In this document: positions 46,112 through 56,392 of the stretch, piece after piece
Layout: every line of letters begins with the position of its first letter
How positions within the stretch are numbered: the stretch's first letter is position 1
IMG/VR virus record: IMGVR_UViG_3300031867_000045
Location: 1-64,000 of that record
Source of the DNA: a virus
Reading direction: 5' to 3' (one strand)
DNA length: 64,000 nucleotides
The notes under the pieces: model-generated
Told to the model about the DNA's origin: nothing
The model's input: the letters and a program-made list of their open reading frames with translations, nothing else
Database searches by the model: none
Program-made: the position numbers and the translations under genes

Positions 46112-47554
46112 ATGGCTAAAAAGAAATTAAAATCTGATGGAATCTTTTTCACGGGAAAAGCCTCGGAAGATGTTACTGGATCACAATACTTGGTAAAATT
46201 TGGAGAAACACAATGCCTATTAGAATGCGGCTTGCACCAATCATCAAGTAATGATTATTTAGATTCGTACAAAATCAACTCAGAGAAATTTCAATTTAAG
46301 CCAAAAGAAATTGATTATGTTTTTGTGGCACATGCTCATATCGACCATTGCGGTTTAATTCCAAGATTGGTTAAAGAAGGATTTGCCGGAAAAATTATTG
46401 CAACAAAAAATACAGCGGAAATTATGAAGCCCTTGCTTTTCAATTCTTGCGCAATAGTGCAGGAAGAAGCAAGGGTTTTGTCATATCGTTATAAAAGAGA
46501 ATATAAACCATTGTATGAACAGGCAGATGTTGAGAAAGCATTGAACATGATCGAGGTATTCAATGAGTATGATTATATTTACAAACTAAACGATAACATC
46601 AGTTTTAAATGGCTGCATAATTCTCATTGTGTCGGAGCGGCACAGCTATTATTAATATTGAAAAATGGATCAAAAACCAAAAAATTGTTATACACATCAG
46701 ATATGGGTTCATTAAAAACAAAAAATCATTATGTTACAAACACCGAAATTCCAACCGATTTTGCGGATTGCGTTATCATGGAAAGTACATATGGTGATTC
46801 TAAGAGAATTTCAAAAAAGAAACGTTCTTACGATATAGAGCATTTAAGAGTTGCTATTAATACGGTTTTGGAACGCAAAGGAACTATAATTCTTCCATGT
46901 TTTAGTTTTAGCCGAACCCAAGAATTATTGACGAATTTATACGATATTTTTTCTGGTGAAAATGATTTTAACACACCAATATATGTAGATTCAAAACTGA
47001 GTTGTGATATTAGTAAACTTTATTCATCAATTCTATCTGGTAGTGATTTAAAATTATGGGATCAAGTATCTAATTGGGATAATGTTCACTTCATTGAAGA
47101 AAAAGATGAATCGAAGTCCATCATAGCAAATACAGCCCCGAAGATAGTATTATCATCTTCTGGATTCTGCACCAATGGCAGGATCATTGGATATTTGAAA
47201 AAATATATTAAAGATAATAATTCGATGGTGGTTTTCTCTGGCTACGTTGGTGATAATCCATCATATTTATCATATCGAATCAAAAATTACCGTGAGAATA
47301 AAGGAATTAAAATCAATAAGGAATACGTGCCAAATCGTGCCGATTGTATTACATTATCTACATTTAGTAGTCATGCTGATTATAATGATTTGATTAAATA
47401 TGGCAGTTCATTAAATACAAACAAATTGATTTTAGTTCACGGATCATCGGAAGCAAAGCATTGTTTGGCGGAAGGCTTACGTCCGGCAATTTCAAAAAAT
47501 GACAAAACATATCGTGTCATAGAGTCCTATAAGGGTATGATGATACGATTATAG
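46112..47554 (+). CDS. metallo-beta-lactamase-fold beta-CASP family nuclease (RNase J/CPSF/Artemis-like)
   Basis: 480 aa; MBL motifs (HAHIDHCG = HxHxDH motif 2, downstream His/Asp ligands) followed by a beta-CASP-like C-terminal region. Confidence 0.55.
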   Translation: MAKKKLKSDGIFFTGKASEDVTGSQYLVKFGETQCLLECGLHQSSSNDYLDSYKINSEKFQFKPKEIDYVFVAHAHIDHCGLIPRLVKEGFAGKIIATKNTAEIMKPLLFNSCAIVQEEARVLSYRYKREYKPLYEQADVEKALNMIEVFNEYDYIYKLNDNISFKWLHNSHCVGAAQLLLILKNGSKTKKLLYTSDMGSLKTKNHYVTNTEIPTDFADCVIMESTYGDSKRISKKKRSYDIEHLRVAINTVLERKGTIILPCFSFSRTQELLTNLYDIFSGENDFNTPIYVDSKLSCDISKLYSSILSGSDLKLWDQVSNWDNVHFIEEKDESKSIIANTAPKIVLSSSGFCTNGRIIGYLKKYIKDNNSMVVFSGYVGDNPSYLSYRIKNYRENKGIKINKEYVPNRADCITLSTFSSHADYNDLIKYGSSLNTNKLILVHGSSEAKHCLAEGLRPAISKNDKTYRVIESYKGMMIRL

Positions 47555-47565
47555 GGGGTAACAAT

Positions 47566-48183
47566 ATGGCATTAAATATGGAAAATGTCACAGAAAATTT
47601 CTCATACGAGTATTACGATAGATTCTTAATAGAAGATATTGAAGATAGAAGAATTTTTATTAATTCTGAAATTGATGAAACAGTTGTTGATTTGGCTTTG
47701 CATCATATCATCGAATTTAACAGGCAAGATAAAGATGTTCCCATCGAAAAACGCAAGCCAATTCGTGTTTATATTAACTCACCAGGGGGAACGGTATCTG
47801 ATGGATTTGGTTTCATAGATAGCATCATCAATTCTAAGACACCTGTTTATACGATTAATCTTGCACAAGCGGCGTCAATGGCATTTTTGATTTTTATTGC
47901 AGGGCATAAGAGATATACGATGCCCCATGCGGAATTTTTAATGCACGATGGCAGCACCGGAAGTTTTGGCAGTTCTTCTAAAGTAAAGGATCGTATTGAA
48001 TTTGAGTCTATTCAATTAGAAGGAATGACGAAGCAATATGTGATTAGCAGAACTAATATAGATGACGATTTATATGAAAACAAACGTCGAGTTGAGTGGT
48101 ACTTTCTTGCAGATGAAGCCAAGGCTATCGGAGCCGTAGATGTAATCGTTGGCAAAGATTGTGATATTGACGAAATTTTATAA
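47566..48183 (+). CDS. ClpP-family serine peptidase (S14)
   Basis: 205 aa; INSPGG, catalytic-Ser context AASMAFLIF, His context FLMHDGSTG, all co-linear with ClpP. Confidence 0.65.
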   Translation: MALNMENVTENFSYEYYDRFLIEDIEDRRIFINSEIDETVVDLALHHIIEFNRQDKDVPIEKRKPIRVYINSPGGTVSDGFGFIDSIINSKTPVYTINLAQAASMAFLIFIAGHKRYTMPHAEFLMHDGSTGSFGSSSKVKDRIEFESIQLEGMTKQYVISRTNIDDDLYENKRRVEWYFLADEAKAIGAVDVIVGKDCDIDEIL

Positions 48184-48204
48184 TTAATAAAAACAAGGAG
48201 AGTT

Positions 48205-49407
48205 ATGAGTTTTAAAAGATTAGAAAATGAGAACGAAGAACAATTCTTGTGGCGGCTGGGACAAGCCAAAGATAAAGGGCTGGTTGATTTAAGTTGGGAT
48301 GATATAGCTTCAATTATGAACAAAGAGTTTAGAGAAGATATTTCCGAATATCGGAGCGAAGCTGCTTATCGAAAACCTTATCAGCAAGCTAAACGATTTT
48401 ATGAAAATGGAACATTTCAAGATTTGACACAAGAGTTGTATATAAAAGAACTTAGAGATGCAAAACATGAAGTTCGTATTGAAAAACAAAAATTATTCGA
48501 CGAGCGCACCGCTCTAAATAAGATTCTTAGAGAATCCGCAAGAGCGGAGGAAGATTTAGCTCGTTTAGAAGTGTTGATAAGAGAAAATGGTGAAACCGTT
48601 TTCCAGAATACTTGTCCGGAAATCAAAACAGCCGACAATGATTTGGTTGTTTGTTTATCTGATTTTCATTTAGGTATGAATACAAATAATTATTTTGGAA
48701 TCTACAATTCTGAAATTGCGGAAAAACGACTTCAAGATTATTTACAGCAAATAATTGACATAGCAGAATTACATAAATCAGAAAATGTATACTTAATTCT
48801 GCTCGGTGATCTCCTAAGTGGTCAGATACATTTTACAACACAACTTGAAAACCGCGAAAATGTGACGCAACAAGTTCAAAAAAGTGCTGAATTGATTTCT
48901 GCATTTGTTTATGAATTAAGCCGACATTTTTCTGCTGTATATGTAAATGGAGTCGCAGGTAATCATTCACGCACTTCATTTAAAGATCAAGTTCTAAGAG
49001 ACAATAGATTAGACAATCTGATACCTTGGTATATGAAAGCAAAACTATCTCATGTTGATAACATCAAATTTATTGACGATCAAAATATAGATGCTACAAT
49101 CGGGTGCTGCGAAATTCGGGGGCAAAAATATTTGATGGTTCATGGTGATTTCGATAGTTTTAGTGAATCAGGTGTTTCAAAACTCGTGTTAATGCTCGGA
49201 TATAAACCATCTGCTATTTTTTATGGTCATTTGCACCGCTGTTCATACGACAGTATAGCTGGCGTCAAAATCATAAGGAGCGGTAGTTTTTGCGGAACTT
49301 CCGATGATTACACAATTTCAAAGAGATTAAGTGGATCAGCTTCACAAATGGTTTGTGTTGTAACAGATAAAGGAGTACGGACTTGTTATCCGATTGATTT
49401 AAATTAA
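48205..49407 (+). CDS. calcineurin-like metallophosphoesterase (Mre11/SbcD-like) with N-terminal coiled-coil extension
   Basis: 400 aa; phosphoesterase motifs DFHLG (I), LLGDL (II), GNHS (III), VHGDFD, GHLH in canonical order in the C-terminal 250 aa. Confidence 0.6.
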   Translation: MSFKRLENENEEQFLWRLGQAKDKGLVDLSWDDIASIMNKEFREDISEYRSEAAYRKPYQQAKRFYENGTFQDLTQELYIKELRDAKHEVRIEKQKLFDERTALNKILRESARAEEDLARLEVLIRENGETVFQNTCPEIKTADNDLVVCLSDFHLGMNTNNYFGIYNSEIAEKRLQDYLQQIIDIAELHKSENVYLILLGDLLSGQIHFTTQLENRENVTQQVQKSAELISAFVYELSRHFSAVYVNGVAGNHSRTSFKDQVLRDNRLDNLIPWYMKAKLSHVDNIKFIDDQNIDATIGCCEIRGQKYLMVHGDFDSFSESGVSKLVLMLGYKPSAIFYGHLHRCSYDSIAGVKIIRSGSFCGTSDDYTISKRLSGSASQMVCVVTDKGVRTCYPIDLN

Positions 49408-49414
49408 TAGAGAA

Positions 49415-49720
49415 ATGGAGAAAGAAATGAGTAGAACAGAAATCGTAAAAGAATTGTTGGATAGAATGTTTGACGATCCAACACCTGAAAATAAACAATT
49501 ATGTGAAAATTTCTGTAATACTTTCACCGATATTATTATTGATACTTTGTTGGACGATCAAGAAATTAGATGGAAGGGATTGTTTACAATTAAAGTTGTT
49601 AATACGCCTCCGAGAAAAGGCAGAAATCCGGCAACAAATAAAGTGGAGGATTTTCCTGCTTCTAAGAAAGTCGTCTGTAAATTAAGTAGAAGTTTAAAAC
49701 AAATGATTAGTGGAAAGTGA
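49415..49720 (+). CDS. HU/IHF-family DNA-binding protein
   Basis: 101 aa; beta-arm signature RKGRNPATNKVEDFPASKKV matches the R-x-G-R-N-P-x-T-G motif. Confidence 0.6.
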   Translation: MEKEMSRTEIVKELLDRMFDDPTPENKQLCENFCNTFTDIIIDTLLDDQEIRWKGLFTIKVVNTPPRKGRNPATNKVEDFPASKKVVCKLSRSLKQMISGK

Positions 49721-50211
49721 TATATATTATGGAAATAATGAAATTTAAAGATATTGAGGATGTATACGGTTTTATGAGTGATATCGTTACATCTGATAGT
49801 AAGAACATTACTGCCGTGTTGTTTTATGAACAGGCAGAGGAATTAATGAGGCTATTTTTAGAAGACCTCGATGTAACGGTTGGTCATATTGAAATTGGAA
49901 ATCATGATTATAGTAATTATTCGCGTGAATATTACGTTTCAATAGATTCTGATTTGATTTTAGATGTATGTCCCGTTATGCCGCACTACAAACAAGATTT
50001 TGGGTACGTTCCAATTCAAGAAGCAGATATTATTTTATACGATGAAAGTGCAAAACAATCCATTGTAAGAATAAATGATTGTAAAGAATCATATCAAATT
50101 GAATTTGGATATGATGAAGATGAATGTGGAAATTGTTGCAACGATTGTTGCAGTTGCTCCAAGTCGCTTTGCACGGCGATTCGCTTGTTCATGAATTTAT
50201 TAAATGAATAA
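49717..50211 (+). CDS. hypothetical protein with C-terminal Cys cluster
   Basis: 164 aa; C-terminus CGNCCNDCCSCSKSLC. Confidence 0.4.
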   Translation: MIYIMEIMKFKDIEDVYGFMSDIVTSDSKNITAVLFYEQAEELMRLFLEDLDVTVGHIEIGNHDYSNYSREYYVSIDSDLILDVCPVMPHYKQDFGYVPIQEADIILYDESAKQSIVRINDCKESYQIEFGYDEDECGNCCNDCCSCSKSLCTAIRLFMNLLNE

Positions 50212-50260
50212 GCAATTTTATAGTTGATATTATTTTAATAGTTGATATGGAGGTGGCGAT

Positions 50261-51181
50261 ATGCCAAAACCAACAGGGAAAAGCGAGTGCTGCTGTTGCG
50301 GTGAATCGCTCTCCCCCACTCATTTTTATAAATCCAATAGTGGATTTTATAAAACAGGTCGCTTACCTATTTGCCAAGATTGTTTTAAGGCAAAATTTGG
50401 GCAATATGCGGCTGAATATTTAAGTAATAAAAAGGCTATGCAACGAATGTGCATAGCCTTTGACATTTATTTCAACGAAGATGTTTTTGATAAATGTGAT
50501 AACAATGATGAAACAGTTATTGGAAATTATTTTCGGCAATTAAACTTATCACAATGTAAAGGAAAAACTTTTGAGCATACAATCAACGAGGGTAATTTCA
50601 CGTTATCCGGCGCAAGAAAAACCGTCAAAGATGGTGGTCGCGTTGCCGTGGTTGATGAATACGGAAACGAGAACGAAGAAGTATCTGTTGATCCTAAAGA
50701 TGTTGAACGCTGGGGTGAAGGATTAGACCCTGTTGATTATGTGAATCTCAATAACCATTATCAATATTTGAAAAATGCGAATCCTCATTGTGATAGCAAC
50801 CAAGAAATTTTTATAAACGATCTTTGTTACGCGAAAATGCAACAACTTCAATGCGTTCGCAGTCAAGATAGAGATGGGTTTAAGAAAATGGGCGAATATT
50901 ATAATGCAACATTTCAAAAGTCAGGTTTAAAAATATCTAACGACTCTGAAAATAAAGGGGACGATACCCTTGGAACTTGGCTTGGAAGAATTGCTCAGTA
51001 CACTCCCGAAGAATATTACAAAAATAAAACATTGTATCAGGATCACGATGGATTGAGAGATTACATCGAAAGGTTCTTATTGCGTCCATTAAGAAATTTA
51101 CAACATGGAACTAAAGATAGAGATAGAGAGTTCTATGTTAAGGAAGATGGTGAAACTCGTGAAATTGACAACTCCGACTAA
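50261..51181 (+). CDS. hypothetical protein with N-terminal zinc ribbon (small terminase candidate by position only)
   Basis: 306 aa; CCCCGES...CQDC ribbon; lies immediately upstream of and overlapping the large terminase ORF. Confidence 0.3.
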   Translation: MPKPTGKSECCCCGESLSPTHFYKSNSGFYKTGRLPICQDCFKAKFGQYAAEYLSNKKAMQRMCIAFDIYFNEDVFDKCDNNDETVIGNYFRQLNLSQCKGKTFEHTINEGNFTLSGARKTVKDGGRVAVVDEYGNENEEVSVDPKDVERWGEGLDPVDYVNLNNHYQYLKNANPHCDSNQEIFINDLCYAKMQQLQCVRSQDRDGFKKMGEYYNATFQKSGLKISNDSENKGDDTLGTWLGRIAQYTPEEYYKNKTLYQDHDGLRDYIERFLLRPLRNLQHGTKDRDREFYVKEDGETREIDNSD

Positions 51182-52988
51182 GCCATACAAAAGCCGCTAT
51201 GCGGATAATAAACAATCAGAACTATATACAAAATTTCCTACCACCAATTTTCTTGGAAACCCTCAAAATGTAGACCATGTTTTAAAATGGTGTACTTTCT
51301 TTCGTAGAAATTTACATCGTGTAGCAACAGATTATCTTGGATTAAAACTACATATGTATCAAGTTTTGGTTTTGTATTTAATGGGTATTTGTAAAACAAT
51401 GGTGATTGTTGCCGCTCGAAGTGCTGCAAAATCATTCATTATTGCAATATACGCTTGTTGTGTATGTATTGTTTATCCATATTCTGAGGTCGTATTAACC
51501 TCTGCAACAAAGAAACAAGCTAAACTTATTGTTTCGGCAAAGATACAACAGTTGCAGAATTTCTCTCCTGTATTGAGAAAAGAAATAACAAAAATTAAAG
51601 ATAACCAAAATGAAGTAATTGTATTTTTCAGAAGTGGAAGTACAATCACGGTTGTCCCTGCTAACGAAAATGGGCGCGGCTATAGGTCAAATTTTGCTAT
51701 TCGAGAGGAATTTAGACAAATCAAAAAAAATATAGAAGATAGTGTTATTGCTCCGTTCCAAGTTATTAGACAAGTCCCTTATATGGTTGATCCATATTAT
51801 GCTGATATGCCAGTTGGAGTTTGCATTCAAGATTCAGTTGATGTTTATATCAGTTCATCTTGGCTTGATCCGCATTGGATGTGGACTGTTGTTGATAATG
51901 CGTATGAATCAATGTTGGATGGAACTGGGCAATTCTTGATAGCTTTTGACGAAAGTATAGTATTAAAACATAAAATCAAATCGCAGGATTATTACCAAAA
52001 AGAAAAGAAGAAACAAGATAGAATCACATGGGAATGTGAGTTCTTAAATGTTCGTATTAAGGAAAACCAGTTTGCTTTCTTTACATATAAGATGTTTAAT
52101 GACAATCAACATTTAAAACAAGTATTCTATCCAAGAACTACTGCTGATTTTATTATTGGTAGGAAAAATCCATATGCGATATCAAAACAAAAAGGTGAAA
52201 TCAGATTAATCGGAGCAGACTTATCATTTGTGACCCGCAAAGGTAATGATAGGTCTGTTTTTACTTGTATGAGATTATTGCCAGAAACAAAGAGGTATAA
52301 ACGCTCAGAAATGGATGATCTCGAAGTAAGTGGTGGTTACAGACGTATTGTTCCATATATGGAATCATTGCAGGGTGGCGAGATAAGTAATCAAGCACAA
52401 AGGCTAAGACAATTATATGAAGATTTTGAAGCGGATTATATTGTCCTCGATTGCCGGAACGCCGGAATAGCTGTATATGACTGTCTTGCAAGAGTAATGT
52501 ATGACGAAGAACGCAAGGTCGAATATTCACCTTTAAAATGTATGAATGACGAAGCAATCGCAGATCGAATCCAATCGGAGGGTGCATTGGAGTGTATATA
52601 TGCTATAAATGCTTCTCAAAAGCTCAATAGCGATATTGCATTGGATTTTTTACGTGTATTGGAACAAGAAATGATTAATTTCCTTATTCCGTATGAATCT
52701 GCGCAAGACGAAATTTTATCTCAAAATGATAACTATTTAAGTACGCCCGATGCGGACGTTCAATTCTTTTATGAAAGTCCATTTCTTGAAACACAGGCTT
52801 TAATTACAGAATGTATCGAACTGTCTTACGAAAAGAAAGAATCTGGAATAATTGTTGTCAAGGAAGGTTCAACATCACATAAAGACCGTTATTCTTCATG
52901 TAGCTATGCTTCATATGTAGCAACATTATTTGAAAAAGATTTATTTTCCGTTTCAGACGAGTACGCATACGGCGTTTATATTAACTAA
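51105..52988 (+). CDS. terL: terminase large subunit
   Basis: 627 aa; Walker-A-like VIVAARSAAKS after LHMYQVLVLYLM; size and position ahead of the portal; the true start is probably internal, because the listed start overlaps the upstream gene by 77 nt. Confidence 0.55.
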   Translation: MELKIEIESSMLRKMVKLVKLTTPTKPYKSRYADNKQSELYTKFPTTNFLGNPQNVDHVLKWCTFFRRNLHRVATDYLGLKLHMYQVLVLYLMGICKTMVIVAARSAAKSFIIAIYACCVCIVYPYSEVVLTSATKKQAKLIVSAKIQQLQNFSPVLRKEITKIKDNQNEVIVFFRSGSTITVVPANENGRGYRSNFAIREEFRQIKKNIEDSVIAPFQVIRQVPYMVDPYYADMPVGVCIQDSVDVYISSSWLDPHWMWTVVDNAYESMLDGTGQFLIAFDESIVLKHKIKSQDYYQKEKKKQDRITWECEFLNVRIKENQFAFFTYKMFNDNQHLKQVFYPRTTADFIIGRKNPYAISKQKGEIRLIGADLSFVTRKGNDRSVFTCMRLLPETKRYKRSEMDDLEVSGGYRRIVPYMESLQGGEISNQAQRLRQLYEDFEADYIVLDCRNAGIAVYDCLARVMYDEERKVEYSPLKCMNDEAIADRIQSEGALECIYAINASQKLNSDIALDFLRVLEQEMINFLIPYESAQDEILSQNDNYLSTPDADVQFFYESPFLETQALITECIELSYEKKESGIIVVKEGSTSHKDRYSSCSYASYVATLFEKDLFSVSDEYAYGVYIN

Positions 52989-53003
52989 GAAAGGAGGGGT
53001 TAG

Positions 53004-54599
53004 ATGCCAGAAAGTTCTCAAAAATCACAGACTCATGCGTATGAATTTTCTTCATATGAAAGTCAAATGACATATTCAAATTATTATTTTAGCTTAGATA
53101 TTTTTGATACATATACGCAGGAGCAATTAGAATCATTAGTTCGTGATCCGATTGCCAATAATGCGTTATTACGCGAAATCTCACGTATTCTATATGGAAC
53201 GAGCGGTGTTTACACAAATACAGTTGACTATATGGTCGCTATGCCAACGTTGGATAAAGTAATTATTCCGTATGGTAAAAATGTATCTAAAAAGCGTAAG
53301 TACAAAGAATTAATCGAATCTACTTTACGCACCATTAAAGATAAGGAGTTTATTCGTGATGCTTTATTTAGAGGCATGATTGACGGTATTGCATTTTATT
53401 ATTTTGAAGTTGCAAGTCGCCCAAACGCATTAGGCAAAATGTTGACGGATTATGATGTAAATAGCATTATTGAGATCAATGAACTTGGCATAAATGCAAG
53501 TATTATTTCCCTCCCTACTGATTATACACGAATCGTAGGAATTAAAAACAATTCTTATGTTATTGCTTTCAATTTAGATTATTTTACAAATGGAAATGGC
53601 GAAAAAGTTGAAAATAAATTAAAAAAATATCCGAAAGAGATTCGTGAGGCATATTATCGCCGAAAGAAAGATGAAGGATTTACAGGTGGGAATTGGGTTG
53701 TTTTAGACAATACGAAGACTATTGTTCATAAAATACGCAGTGATCGCTCTGAAAAATATGGTAGACCATTGGTTCTTGCGGCAATTCGAGATATTTTATA
53801 TGATGATTATTTTATCAAAACCAAGAGAAATGTTCTTGGTGAGATTAACAACAAAATTATTTATCAAACCTTGCCGGAAGGACAAAAGAAAGGTACTTGC
53901 GCATTAACGAGACCACAACAAGACGATCAACACGCTAAAGTTAAAAGTGCTGTAATGAAAAAGAATAGTCGTGGAGGAATTTCATTCTTTACCGTTGCAT
54001 CTGGAACAAAAATCAGTTCTCTTGATGTTGGCAATACAGATATTTTCGATGATAAATATGAATCAAATCTCGATAATCGTATTGCCCTTGCACTTGGTTT
54101 CGCGGCTTCTGCGCTTAATGGTGTTGGTTCTGGTAGCTATTCCGCACAAGAAACCAACTTAGAATTAGTAACTCAACAAATCTTTCAATGGATAGATCAG
54201 ATAACTAATGAACTGAATAAGTGTTTGATTTCAAGTATTATTAAGGACAAAACAAATTGGGCGGAAGTTAAATATCTACCGATCACTCTTGTAAACCGCG
54301 GAAAAATGGTTGAATATTGCAAAGACCTTTACCTACAAGGTAAAGGTTCTTTATCTTTATGGGCAAGTGCGTGTGGTATTGCGCCGGATATATTCTTTGC
54401 ACTACTCGATCAAGAATTGGACGATGAAATTGAGGAAAAATATCCTGTTCATAAGACAAGCTATGTGCTATCCGCAAGAGACGAATTTGCATTGTCCGAT
54501 AAGGGTGGTAGACCAAAAACTGATAACCCAACTGAAAATACAATTAAATCACAAAATAATAACGGTAATGCGACGCCCACACCGTCCGATAAAAAATAA
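53004..54599 (+). CDS. portal protein (by position and size)
   Basis: 531 aa, directly after terL with an RBS; acidic C-terminus; followed by terminator gaagcccgcaatttgcgggtttttt. Confidence 0.45.
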   Translation: MPESSQKSQTHAYEFSSYESQMTYSNYYFSLDIFDTYTQEQLESLVRDPIANNALLREISRILYGTSGVYTNTVDYMVAMPTLDKVIIPYGKNVSKKRKYKELIESTLRTIKDKEFIRDALFRGMIDGIAFYYFEVASRPNALGKMLTDYDVNSIIEINELGINASIISLPTDYTRIVGIKNNSYVIAFNLDYFTNGNGEKVENKLKKYPKEIREAYYRRKKDEGFTGGNWVVLDNTKTIVHKIRSDRSEKYGRPLVLAAIRDILYDDYFIKTKRNVLGEINNKIIYQTLPEGQKKGTCALTRPQQDDQHAKVKSAVMKKNSRGGISFFTVASGTKISSLDVGNTDIFDDKYESNLDNRIALALGFAASALNGVGSGSYSAQETNLELVTQQIFQWIDQITNELNKCLISSIIKDKTNWAEVKYLPITLVNRGKMVEYCKDLYLQGKGSLSLWASACGIAPDIFFALLDQELDDEIEEKYPVHKTSYVLSARDEFALSDKGGRPKTDNPTENTIKSQNNNGNATPTPSDKK

Positions 54600-54600
54600 T

Positions 54601-54626
54601 TGATAAGAAGCCCGCAATTTGCGGGT
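54601..54626 (+). terminator. rho-independent terminator
   Basis: gcccgcaaTTTgcgggc stem followed by TTTTTT. Confidence 0.7.
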
Positions 54627-54666
54627 TTTTTATATATACAGATTTGCCAAGAAAGGTGGTGAATGA

Positions 54667-55869
54667 ATGATAAAACCATTTGAGATGTTTAGTGAGTCTA
54701 AGAAAAAAGGTGAGAATGGTAAACGTAAATTCAAGATGATCCTATATAAGATTTTTCCTGATTCAGTAATTGATGCCGAGCATGAAGTCGGAACAGAATA
54801 CAACGGAAATGGAATCACTTGGATTGAAGAATACTGTCGAAAGGCTTTAGACAGTATTAAAGGTATGTTTTTGCGTTGTGAATTTTTAGATGATGAACGC
54901 ACAGAAATTTGCGGACACGGTTTCACCGAAATTGTAGACGATCAGCCTTTATTTGAAAACGCGACCACAATCGGCGTCTTTACCGATGGTTATATTGATG
55001 AAATCGAGGAAAATGGCGAAAAGATTAAGGTCTGTATCGGCGTTGGAGAAATTGACAGTAGTTGTTATCACAAATTCTGCGAAAAATTAGATGAATGTTT
55101 GGTAAAAGGTATTTACCCACAAGGCAGTGTTGAGATTTTGAAAACTCCAGGAAATCAAGGAATTGTATATAAATATGGCTACAAAGAAAAAGGCAGAATC
55201 CCGATGGATTTTATTCACTCAGGCTATGCTTTGTTAAACATAGCTCCCGCCGATTCTACGGCAAAATTATTAGAACTCAATGAACATAAGGAGGACAAGA
55301 CAACTATGACTGATGTTGAAATGAACGCTCTTGTGGATAAAGTTGTTGCGACATATACCAATCAAGAAGAAGCTATTGCTCAGGCTAAGGCTGAATGTGC
55401 GCAACAAATTGCTGAGATTAACGAGCAGATGGAGTCAACTATTTCTGAGAAAAATGAGCTTGCCGCTACAGTGGACGAGTTAAAAGCCGCCATCGAGAAA
55501 TGGAAGGCAGACTTCGACGCTTTGACTCAGGAACGCGAAGCACTTTGGGCTGAGAGAGATGAACTTCAAAAGGCTCTTGGCGAGGCAAAGGCAAAAGAGC
55601 GCTTAGGCGAAATGAACGCCGCTATCGCTGATTTCAGCGACACTGAAAAGGAATATGCTAAGGCGGAAATTGACGCTTTTACCGCTGATCCGATTAACTC
55701 TGAAATCAATTCTATTATCGGAAAGATTTATGAGGGAATTGGTAAGGCTGCAAAAGCTGACGCAGCTCAGAAAGAGGCTGAAATCGCCGAGCAAAATTCA
55801 AAGCAAGATGCCGAAGATATTTTTGGCATTGTTGAAACTTCCGAGCCGGAAGACACTAATATCTTTTGA
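54667..55869 (+). CDS. scaffolding protein (coiled-coil C-terminus), possibly fused to an N-terminal protease-like domain
   Basis: 400 aa; the C-terminal 200 aa are Ala/Glu/Lys-rich coiled-coil typical of scaffolds; located between the portal and the capsid genes. Confidence 0.4.
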   Translation: MIKPFEMFSESKKKGENGKRKFKMILYKIFPDSVIDAEHEVGTEYNGNGITWIEEYCRKALDSIKGMFLRCEFLDDERTEICGHGFTEIVDDQPLFENATTIGVFTDGYIDEIEENGEKIKVCIGVGEIDSSCYHKFCEKLDECLVKGIYPQGSVEILKTPGNQGIVYKYGYKEKGRIPMDFIHSGYALLNIAPADSTAKLLELNEHKEDKTTMTDVEMNALVDKVVATYTNQEEAIAQAKAECAQQIAEINEQMESTISEKNELAATVDELKAAIEKWKADFDALTQEREALWAERDELQKALGEAKAKERLGEMNAAIADFSDTEKEYAKAEIDAFTADPINSEINSIIGKIYEGIGKAAKADAAQKEAEIAEQNSKQDAEDIFGIVETSEPEDTNIF

Positions 55870-55930
55870 TAATTAAAACACACTTTACTTACATTATTAC
55901 TCAAAAATTTTAGAAAGGAAGATTATTACT

Positions 55931-56353
55931 ATGATTAAAGTTAGAACTATTGGTATGCTAACACGCGATATCACTAATCCCGTTTTGACTTCTGTAAGCG
56001 CCGTTAAGAATTATGATTTTATTACTGGCGCTGATGGCGAGACTTATCTTGTAGCAAATACAATCACTGGCGATAATGCTTATGTTGATGACAACACTTT
56101 CGCCGCTGGCGAGTATCTGAATGGTCACGCTCTGCGTGCATGGGTTGGTGAGCAACTTATGGTTGATAAGAAACACTTGACTCTTGGTTCTGGCGATACT
56201 TTTGCCGATGTTGCAAAGAATGATATTTTCACAATCGCTAACGGCGGTCTTGTAGCTGCAAATGCAGCCCCCCAAACTGGCTATTACTTTGTTGTTGACG
56301 AGAAGACACGTCTAACTGAGGATGCTGTTGTTGTCACAATTAAAAAGGCTTAA
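55931..56353 (+). CDS. small structural protein (head decoration candidate)
   Basis: 140 aa with Gly/Ala/Val-rich composition and strong RBS between the scaffold and major capsid genes. Confidence 0.3.
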   Translation: MIKVRTIGMLTRDITNPVLTSVSAVKNYDFITGADGETYLVANTITGDNAYVDDNTFAAGEYLNGHALRAWVGEQLMVDKKHLTLGSGDTFADVAKNDIFTIANGGLVAANAAPQTGYYFVVDEKTRLTEDAVVVTIKKA

Positions 56354-56392
56354 TTTATTTAAGAAATCTATAGAAAGGATTGAAGTTTAATT

